Positions 1 through 6,117 of a stretch of DNA of 31,774 bases are shown here, one piece after another. Made by a program: the position numbers and the translations under genes. Location: positions 1-31,774 of IMG/VR virus record IMGVR_UViG_3300023196_000284. The stretch is one strand, 5' to 3'. The notes under the pieces were generated by a model. It made no database searches and was not told where the DNA came from. It saw only the letters and a list, made by a program, of their open reading frames with translations. Source of the DNA: a virus. Position 1 is the stretch's first letter. Each line of letters starts with the position of its first letter.

Positions 1-55
1 AAGCAGAAAGACTAGCTACCCATCCACCTGCGGCTTTAACCATCTCTGCTTGCTG
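1..55. repeat. Terminal direct repeat, left copy (exact 55-mer also at 31720-31774)
   Basis: Read directly: AAGCAGAAAGACTAGCTACCCATCCACCTGCGGCTTTAACCATCTCTGCTTGCTG occurs at both window ends. This is typical of the assembly overlap of a circular or circularly permuted phage genome. Confidence 0.95.
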
Positions 56-295
56 TGTAATGGCGTTATTAAAGGCATCCATCACACCTACGTCAATTGC
101 TGCCTCTCTTTGTGCGCCTATTTCTGCGAGTTTCTGTGCGCCTCTTTGAGCCTCTAAATCGCATTGGAACTTGAACATATTAAGTTCATGGGAACGCTCA
201 TTCTTTTTATCAAGCCACTTGAGGACTTCTGGGGCCATCCTAAAAATGCCACCAAAGATAGAGCCTAGTAAACCGCCAGAAAGAATATCAAGCAT
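1..295 (-). CDS. Holin-like membrane protein, 5' part. The ORF leaves the window at base 1 and resumes at 31719 once the 55-bp overlap is removed; the joined product is about 164 aa.
   Basis: ATG at 295 (ATGCTTGA overlaps the stop of ORF 288-530). My translation is MLDILSGGLLGSIFGGIFRMAPEVLKWLDKKNERSHELNMFKFQCDLEAQRGAQKLAEIGAQREAAIDVGVMDAFNNAITQQAE, followed by MVKAAGGW..., in frame with the track ORF 31520-31762. Confidence 0.75.
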   Translation of the reverse strand, partial: MLDILSGGLLGSIFGGIFRMAPEVLKWLDKKNERSHELNMFKFQCDLEAQRGAQKLAEIGAQREAAIDVGVMDAFNNAITQQAEMVKAAGGWVASLSA

Positions 296-530
296 CGCAA
301 TCCTTACATTTGTTTTTAGTTGACATTTTTACACCCGCCAGAACACCAACAGACGCACCGAGGATAGTCATTAGTGCGGGACTGAGCATCTTAAAAATTT
401 CCGAGTTCTCTACGGATTTTGAGAATAGTCCAACAAGCAAAGCAGCTATCATTGCAAGCAAGCAAATGCACAAAGTGACTGCTACCAAAATGGTAACAAT
501 AAATGTCAATCTTTCTTTCATGTCAGTCAT
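288..530 (-). CDS. Small two-TM membrane protein (holin/antiholin candidate)
   Basis: 80 aa; ATG 530 is preceded by an AAGGAT SD. Hydrophobic stretches are LTFIVTILVAVTLCICLLAMIAALLVGLF and LSPALMTILGASVGVLAGV, with a basic C-tail. It overlaps the downstream holin-like ORF by 8 nt. Confidence 0.7.
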   Translation of the reverse strand: MTDMKERLTFIVTILVAVTLCICLLAMIAALLVGLFSKSVENSEIFKMLSPALMTILGASVGVLAGVKMSTKNKCKDCDA

Positions 531-538
531 GCTTATCC

Positions 539-772
539 TTATGCGTACAAGTCAAGTTTTCGGTTAGTAAATATCTCAAGCCTAAGTTTGTTTTGCTCAT
601 GCGACTTTGTATATATCTCAAACGCAATATCTGCAATTTTATCTTGTACTTTCTTTTGCTCTAGACCTGCACGATATTCTTCATTGTGCTTTGCAATACG
701 TCTTTCAGTAGCATCTGTTTTGTCAGGATAACCAGAAGGGTGAACCATTGGGAAAAGTCGTATTGCATCCAT
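539..772 (-). CDS. Hypothetical soluble 77-aa protein in the lysis neighbourhood
   Basis: ATG 772 shares one base with the upstream TAA (TAATG). The sequence is charged and helical. No motif recognised. Confidence 0.6.
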   Translation of the reverse strand: MDAIRLFPMVHPSGYPDKTDATERRIAKHNEEYRAGLEQKKVQDKIADIAFEIYTKSHEQNKLRLEIFTNRKLDLYA

Positions 773-1176
773 TACTTTTTCTCCCTCTCAAGTGCTTCTT
801 TGTACCCATGAATCACCAATGCTCTTAACTGATGTGAGTCAGAGTTTCCACCCCATTCAGCTAAGTTATTCCAGATTACTTTAAAGTCGGTACTTCTACA
901 CAATTGTTGATGTTTTGTAAGCCACTCAACCATCTGTTTATGTCGCTCAGTAGGGTCATGAATTCCCCATGCAATAGAGTAAAACTCCCTCACGCTGCAC
1001 AAGTCTTTGCTTGTAGAGTGAAGTGCTAGAACTAAAACAAGTGCGGCTATCCATTTCACGGCATCGCCCAAAGAATTACATGACCACAAAACATGACAAA
1101 GCAAAACAAAAAGGCTAGAGCCACAATAGCTTCTAGCCAATCCATCATTTTTTAATCCATGTTTGCCAGATAGCAC
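772..1176 (-). CDS. Hypothetical protein, start uncertain. The track ATG at 1176 gives 134 aa; the in-frame GTG at 1059 gives 95 aa starting VKWIAALVLVLALH.
   Basis: The C-terminal two thirds look protein-like. The first 39 codons (MLSGKHGLKNDGLARSYCGSSLFVLLCHVLWSCNSLGDA) are Cys/Ser-rich and overlap a better-looking 30-aa ORF in another frame. Confidence 0.55.
   Translation of the reverse strand: MLSGKHGLKNDGLARSYCGSSLFVLLCHVLWSCNSLGDAVKWIAALVLVLALHSTSKDLCSVREFYSIAWGIHDPTERHKQMVEWLTKHQQLCRSTDFKVIWNNLAEWGGNSDSHQLRALVIHGYKEALEREKK
1056..1148 (-). CDS. Possible 30-aa hydrophobic peptide (MMDWLEAIVALAFLFCFVMFCGHVILWAMP), not in the ORF track
   Basis: My translation. Its ATG overlaps the upstream TGA (ATGA, 1145-1148). 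Its TGA (1056-1058) overlaps the GTG at 1057-1059 that could start the next protein (GTGA). Confidence 0.35.
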   Translation of the reverse strand: MMDWLEAIVALAFLFCFVMFCGHVILWAMP

Positions 1177-1372
1177 CAGCAGCCATAATTAAACCACCTA
1201 TCCATAGAATAGGCTTGGCAGCAGAGGCAACCCAACCCAAGACTTTAAAAGCCCCATCTAAAGCATTTATAGCCTCTACAAGACCTCGTGTGTTCTTGTC
1301 GATGGTATCTACCTTAGTCTCTACGGCAAGCAGTCTTTCGTAGATTTGGGAATGAGTAACTTCTTCTGTCAT
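1145..1372 (-). CDS. Small tail-anchored membrane protein (75 aa)
   Basis: ATG 1372. The N-terminus is helical (IYERLLAVETKVDTIDKNTRGLVEAINALDG) and there is one C-terminal TM (ILWIGGLIMAAGAIW). Confidence 0.65.
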   Translation of the reverse strand: MTEEVTHSQIYERLLAVETKVDTIDKNTRGLVEAINALDGAFKVLGWVASAAKPILWIGGLIMAAGAIWQTWIKK

Positions 1373-1373
1373 G

Positions 1374-1748
1374 TTATTTCAACTCCAACGCTTTAACTTT
1401 TTCCCAATAGCCTTCATTTCTTGCACTTGCAGATTCTGGGTCATGCTGTGGGCCAAATATTTCCATCACTTCACCATCAATGTCTCTTAGAGCATAAACA
1501 CAATAATAAACTGTTCCATCTGCCAACGCAGTTATTTTGTGTCGATGCTCTTTCCTGATGACAATAAATGTAGGCGCAGTAAACTCTTTAGTATCGCTTC
1601 CTTCTAACTCGACACTTACCTTGCCAGACACTAATAATGTTACATGGTCAAACTTATGTTCATGTCCATTAAAAGCCTCGCCAGCTAGTTCAAGCACATT
1701 TTGCTTGACCCAGATGTTGCCAAAGTAACCGAGTTCAAAAGTTTTCAC
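1374..1748 (-). CDS. Cupin-fold protein
   Basis: Cupin motif 1 is NGHEHKFDHVTLLVSGKV; a second His cluster is EHRHKI. The track start at 1778 is TTG. The GTG at 1748 overlaps the upstream TGA (GTGA), so I prefer the 124-aa form. Confidence 0.65.
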   Translation of the reverse strand: MKTFELGYFGNIWVKQNVLELAGEAFNGHEHKFDHVTLLVSGKVSVELEGSDTKEFTAPTFIVIRKEHRHKITALADGTVYYCVYALRDIDGEVMEIFGPQHDPESASARNEGYWEKVKALELK

Positions 1749-2170
1749 AGTTGGACTACCCTTGTGCTTGCAATCCAAGAAACAGATGGTTCATCCCAGT
1801 AATATTCTTTATCGTCTTGTGGATAAGGAGTTGGCGCATCCCATGTCATTGTTTCTTCGTTGCCAATCCAACTAGGATATGGCTTACGGGCTTCGTGTTC
1901 AGCAGTCTTTAATGCTTGGTATTCTTCAGCCGTATAAGTAGTCACCACACCAGAAACACTTAAATCAGCGTCATCATCACAAGTTCCAAAGAACAAGGGT
2001 TTTCTTGTATGTGCACCTTCAGCAGTTGTAGCAATAGGCCAAGTTGACTTGTCACACCAAACAATATTGCAGTTTTTAATCTGCGGGTACGATGGGCCTG
2101 TACGCATGGGTTCGGCTGTGCAAACAATGCCTGTAACTGCGTCAATTTGAGTAATTGATAAATAAATCAT
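1745..2170 (-). CDS. Hypothetical 141-aa protein downstream of the receptor-binding genes (chaperone or accessory candidate)
   Basis: ATG 2170 with an AAGGAAA SD. The C-terminus is Trp-rich: PSWIGNEETMTWDAPTPYPQDDKEYYWDEPSVSW. No enzymatic motif. Confidence 0.6.
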   Translation of the reverse strand: MIYLSITQIDAVTGIVCTAEPMRTGPSYPQIKNCNIVWCDKSTWPIATTAEGAHTRKPLFFGTCDDDADLSVSGVVTTYTAEEYQALKTAEHEARKPYPSWIGNEETMTWDAPTPYPQDDKEYYWDEPSVSWIASTRVVQL

Positions 2171-2181
2171 AATTTTCCTTT

Positions 2182-3120
2182 TTAGACTGCGACTCTGCGA
2201 ATAGCACGGGTGTATATGTGGGTAGTATCTATTTTATCGGTAGCTTGCCCGTTGCCGTTAACAAACTGAACAACGTAACCATTGTTGTTATTTTGTTCTG
2301 TGCTAGTCCAAATTAAATCATCTGGAAACTCTTGACTAGATGCACCTGTCCTAAAATTAGTTGCAGATGTTTGAGCAGGTGAGCCAGCGGTGTAATTTGT
2401 ACTTACGGGTTGGGGGGAAACAGCATTTGCATTTGAGCCAAAATAATCAACATTACTAACAGTGCCTGGCTTCAAGAAGTAATAGCAAACAGATAATTCA
2501 TTTAGTGATGGCAAATACCAATCTGTATAACCGCCTGTATTTAAACCTTCGCAGAATATTGCCGCTTCATAATTTGCACCCAAAGCCGCAAGAGATGCTG
2601 AGTTTGTTGGGCCGTTAATAACAGAAGTTATGCCTGTAGTAGTAGCAGTTGTTCCCCACTTTTTACCAAATATTTGACCAACTGTTTTATCTGCTACAAC
2701 TAGGTTATAAATTGTACTGCTAACATTTATTTGACCTGCAAAATAACCACCACCATAAGCATCACCTACTGCAAGAGATGGAGTCACACTATTACTAGCC
2801 GCACTTGCTGGGCCTGTGCCTGTGGCATTTGTAGCTCTTACTGTAAAAGTGTATGCTGTACCCGTAGTTAATCCTGTAACAGTAATTGGAGAAGATGCCC
2901 CAGTACCTGTCAAACCGCCAGGACTTGATGTAACTGTATAACCTGTGATGGGTGTGGGATAACCAGCATTTGCTGGGGCAGTAAAAGTAACCGAAACAGT
3001 TGTAGCCCCTGTAACTGTTGCTGTACCAATCGTAGGAGCGTTAGGAGGAGTAGGCCAGATGCCTTGACCTTTAGCTTGCGCTTGTTGATTGATTGTCCAA
3101 ATTCCAGAAAAATTAGGCAT
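2182..3120 (-). CDS. Receptor-binding / tail-fibre candidate, FN3 + DUF1566 (Lcl C-terminal-like) domains, paralogue 2
   Basis: The FN3 signature is TVSVTFTAPANAGYPTPITGYTV...GLTTGTAYTFTVRATNATG. The DUF1566-type core is GDAYGGGYFAG...GGYTDWYLPSLNEL. It is collinear with the 3129-4073 product. Confidence 0.75.
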   Translation of the reverse strand: MPNFSGIWTINQQAQAKGQGIWPTPPNAPTIGTATVTGATTVSVTFTAPANAGYPTPITGYTVTSSPGGLTGTGASSPITVTGLTTGTAYTFTVRATNATGTGPASAASNSVTPSLAVGDAYGGGYFAGQINVSSTIYNLVVADKTVGQIFGKKWGTTATTTGITSVINGPTNSASLAALGANYEAAIFCEGLNTGGYTDWYLPSLNELSVCYYFLKPGTVSNVDYFGSNANAVSPQPVSTNYTAGSPAQTSATNFRTGASSQEFPDDLIWTSTEQNNNNGYVVQFVNGNGQATDKIDTTHIYTRAIRRVAV

Positions 3121-3128
3121 AGGTTTCC

Positions 3129-4073
3129 TTAGACTGGGACTCTACGAATAGCACGGGTGTACATATCAGAGAATGAATTTTTGGTTTGGGCTGGTTGTCC
3201 ACCAGTAGTTGAGCGTTGACACCAAACAAGCTGTGATGTAAATCCGGGATATTGTGTACTAGTCCAATATTTACCTGTACCGGGAGACACCTCAAACTCT
3301 TGGCTTGATGCACCTGTTCTAAAAGAAGTAGCAGAAGTTTGTGCTGGAGAACCAGCGGTATAAACTGTGCTAACTGGTTGCGGTGATACCGCATAAGCGT
3401 TTGAGCCAAAGGCTGTGTCGTTAGAATCCGTACCCGGCTTCAAGAAGTAATACAAAACTTGTATTTCATCTTTTGCTGGTAAATACCAATCTGTGTAGCC
3501 ACCAATATTTAAATTCTCACAGAAAGTAGCGGCTTCGTAAGCAGACCCCAAAGCGGCTAAAGTTGCAGAGTTAGTTGGGCCATCAATAACAGAATTTGCA
3601 CTTGTTGATGTGCCATAAACGCCCCAAGTCTTTTGATACGCTTCTCCAACTGTTTTATCTGCAATCAATAAATAATATTGCGTTCCACTCACATTTATCT
3701 TGCCACCATAGTAACCACCGCCATACGCTTGCCCAATTACTGTCGGTGGTGCTTGAGGAGTTGTGCTGTTACTTGATGCACTTAAAGGGCTAGGGCCGTA
3801 AGCATTATTTGCAAATACTTTAAATGTGTAAGCCGTATCATTGGTTAAACCACTTACAGTAATAGGAGAACTTGTACCTGTTCCAGTAATACCACTTGGT
3901 GATGAAACGACTGTATATCCAGTAATAGCACCACCACCTACATTAGTTGGGGCAGTAAAAGCAACTGAAGCTGTTGCATTGCCACCTGTAGCTGTGCCAA
4001 TAGTAGGCGCATTAGCTACTAGCAATGGGTTATAAAACGATGAAATATATCCACCCAAATAACGATTTGACAT
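3129..4073 (-). CDS. Receptor-binding / tail-fibre candidate, FN3 + DUF1566 domains, paralogue 1
   Basis: The FN3 signature is ASVAFTAPTNVGGGAITGYTV...GLTNDTAYTFKVFANNAYG. The DUF1566-type core is GQAYGGGYYGG...GGYTDWYLPAKDEI. ATG 4073 has an AAGGAC SD. Confidence 0.75.
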   Translation of the reverse strand: MSNRYLGGYISSFYNPLLVANAPTIGTATGGNATASVAFTAPTNVGGGAITGYTVVSSPSGITGTGTSSPITVSGLTNDTAYTFKVFANNAYGPSPLSASSNSTTPQAPPTVIGQAYGGGYYGGKINVSGTQYYLLIADKTVGEAYQKTWGVYGTSTSANSVIDGPTNSATLAALGSAYEAATFCENLNIGGYTDWYLPAKDEIQVLYYFLKPGTDSNDTAFGSNAYAVSPQPVSTVYTAGSPAQTSATSFRTGASSQEFEVSPGTGKYWTSTQYPGFTSQLVWCQRSTTGGQPAQTKNSFSDMYTRAIRRVPV

Positions 4074-4082
4074 AAGAAGTCC

Positions 4083-4454
4083 TTATGTGATTTCTTCAAA
4101 ACTAATCGTAGCAACCAAGTCGCCAGCAGCACTAGCAATAGCACCAATAGATTGATTCTCTAGCAAATAAAATGCCGTGGCTTTATCACTCACAATCAAT
4201 GTCGCATCTGATGGGACAGAGATGGTTGAAGCTATAGCTGTTGCCGTTCCACCCAAAGCAGCCGCAGAGTAAATATTGACTGTTATATCAGCCGCTGCCG
4301 TTCCATCAATGTTGGCAATCAAGATTGAGTTAATCTTGAAAACCTTATTGCTTGATGCAGCGTTTGATGCCAGTTGCGTTGCACTTGTACCAACGGCAAC
4401 CGATAAGGTATTACCGATAATACTTGTGACGTTTACGATATTAGGATTTGCCAT
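4083..4454 (-). CDS. Small beta-rich virion-associated protein (123 aa), function unknown
   Basis: ATG 4454 with an AAGGAAA SD. The composition is Ala/Ser/Thr/Ile-rich. It sits between the long fibre and the FN3-DUF1566 genes. Confidence 0.6.
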   Translation of the reverse strand: MANPNIVNVTSIIGNTLSVAVGTSATQLASNAASSNKVFKINSILIANIDGTAAADITVNIYSAAALGGTATAIASTISVPSDATLIVSDKATAFYLLENQSIGAIASAAGDLVATISFEEIT

Positions 4455-4468
4455 AATATTTCCTTTGA

Positions 4469-6109
4469 TTAACCACCAAAAACCATTGCCATAGCAATAG
4501 CCTTACCTGTTGTTGCCACTCCAACTAAAGTGTTATTTGAAGCAGAAATAGTTTTTTTTGTCAGGGTTTCTGTACCTGTCAAGGTAGCAAAGCCAGAAGC
4601 AGTAAACGCTGCTTGCGTCCAAGTTGAGCCTGTCCACACATACAAAGTGCTTACTGCTGTATTCCAGTACAAAGCACCTGTGAGCAAAGCGTTTCCGTCA
4701 TTGTCCACAGAGGGCGCAGTTGACTTAGAGCCTAAATATCGGTCATCAAACTGGTCATAACTAGATGCTGCACTCGTAGCACTAGAAGCAGCAGCAGTAG
4801 CACTAGAAGACGCATTACCTGCGCTTGTAGAGGCATTGGATGCGCTTGTGGAAGCATTGGAGGCAGAAGTCGCAGCAGCAGCAGCACTTGTAGCAGCAGA
4901 AGTTGTCGAGCCAAACAGAGTATCAATCTGGGCAATCGTATAAGCGTCTGCAATACCAAACCCACTTAAAGTAGTAGGATTCGTTCCAGCAGTAATGCGC
5001 CCATAAGCGTCAGCAGTTACAGACTTGTAAGTTCCAACAGTTACGCCAGAAGTCGCCAAGTCGATATTGTCTGAGTTAACAACAATGCGCCCAGAAGACG
5101 CTGTTCCTACATTGAGTGTGTTACCTGTCTTTGTAAGACCATCACCTGCTGTAATCTGACCTGCGCCAGAGAATTGAGCAAAAGTAACTGCTGTAGTCCC
5201 TAAAGTACCGCCAGCAGTAATTGTCGAGATGTAACCATTGTTGGCTTGAGTCGTACCCTTCTCAACAAAGGTAAAGGCAGCAACCAACTCATCCCATGTA
5301 TTAGCGTCTGTTGTTCTAGTCCATGTACTAGCTGCACACAAATAAATACCATTGCCAGATTGAGTGGTCTGGTCTTTAACCAGCACTCGGTCACCAACTG
5401 ATACCGAAATGCCATCAATTGTTTGTGTGCCTGACAAAGTGATATTCGCAGTAGTCGCAACAACCACAGAGGCTTTAGCATCAATACCTTGGGCTAGTGC
5501 ATCTACATAACCCTTGTTGGCAGCGTCAGAATCGTTTACAGGATTCGCTAGACCAGTAATAGTGGCAGACGTACCAGAATCCATATCCAACGAACCAGAG
5601 ATGGTCACATTGTTGAATGTGGAAGTGCCAGAGGCAGCAGTAACATTACCTGTCACATTGCCCGTCAGGTTACCAGTTACATTACCTGTTACAGCACCTG
5701 TGTGTGTTCCTGTGGTATTACCTGTAACTGCACCTGTGAGTGCGCCTACAAAGCCTACACTAGCAGTTACTGTAGTTCCTGTGATTGCTTGGGCAGATGA
5801 ACCACCAATTACAGCACCATTGATTGTTCCACCAGTAGCTGTGATTGACGATGTGGTGATAGGGCCTGAGAAACCAGCAGTAGCCGTAACAGTTCCTGTT
5901 AAAGCAGAAGTGCCAGTAACAGATAAGTTACCGCCTACAGTTACGTTATCGCCAGCAGAACCATCTTGAAAGTTCTTCAACTGAGCCATCAATGTACGAA
6001 TAGCATTGTTGACCAAAGATGGGGCCATACCCTCCGCTAAGTTAATACTGTTAATGTCAGTATTGTTATTAGCGGTACTGCTGTATTCTGAAATCTTGGT
6101 CTTTGCCAT
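4469..6109 (-). CDS. Tail fibre protein
   Basis: The N-terminus EYSSTANNNTDINSINLAEGMAPSLVNNAIRTLMAQLKNF is a widespread fibre N-terminal module. It also has (GNVT)n and (SASNAST)n repeats and an ANKGYVD motif. 546 aa. Confidence 0.8.
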   Translation of the reverse strand: MAKTKISEYSSTANNNTDINSINLAEGMAPSLVNNAIRTLMAQLKNFQDGSAGDNVTVGGNLSVTGTSALTGTVTATAGFSGPITTSSITATGGTINGAVIGGSSAQAITGTTVTASVGFVGALTGAVTGNTTGTHTGAVTGNVTGNLTGNVTGNVTAASGTSTFNNVTISGSLDMDSGTSATITGLANPVNDSDAANKGYVDALAQGIDAKASVVVATTANITLSGTQTIDGISVSVGDRVLVKDQTTQSGNGIYLCAASTWTRTTDANTWDELVAAFTFVEKGTTQANNGYISTITAGGTLGTTAVTFAQFSGAGQITAGDGLTKTGNTLNVGTASSGRIVVNSDNIDLATSGVTVGTYKSVTADAYGRITAGTNPTTLSGFGIADAYTIAQIDTLFGSTTSAATSAAAAATSASNASTSASNASTSAGNASSSATAAASSATSAASSYDQFDDRYLGSKSTAPSVDNDGNALLTGALYWNTAVSTLYVWTGSTWTQAAFTASGFATLTGTETLTKKTISASNNTLVGVATTGKAIAMAMVFGG

Positions 6110-6117
6110 GTTAGTCC

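Noticed and set aside
3113-3409. Same-strand alternative-frame ORFs inside larger genes (3113-3409, 1960-2145, 4732-4965, 5200-5484, 8249-8476, 9712-9933, 18620-18805, 26105-26299).
   Set aside because: They are nested in longer ORFs with clear domain content. Their products are Leu/Gln/Arg-rich with no motifs, and there are no independent translation signals.
2182-4073. A diversity-generating retroelement acting on the DUF1566 paralogues (an Asn-rich AAY patch resembling a TR/VR pair).
   Set aside because: The complete genome has no reverse transcriptase ORF. The two variable patches differ in length and at all base types rather than only at adenines, and there is no separate non-coding template repeat.
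4780-5720. A CRISPR-like or minisatellite array suggested by the regular short repeats.
   Set aside because: The repeats are contiguous with no spacers, 12-21 nt long, in frame, and encode the (GNVT)n and (SASNAST)n fibre shaft segments.
5514-5969. A 151-aa plus-strand ORF, together with the other plus-strand ORFs inside minus-strand structural genes (for example 7474-7816, 12135-12449, 14023-14352, 18964-19281, 20433-20783).
   Set aside because: Each lies entirely antisense within a long, well-supported gene. The products are low-complexity mirror translations (V/P/T- or L/S-rich). None has an SD or a coupled junction, and the gene order is already explained without them.
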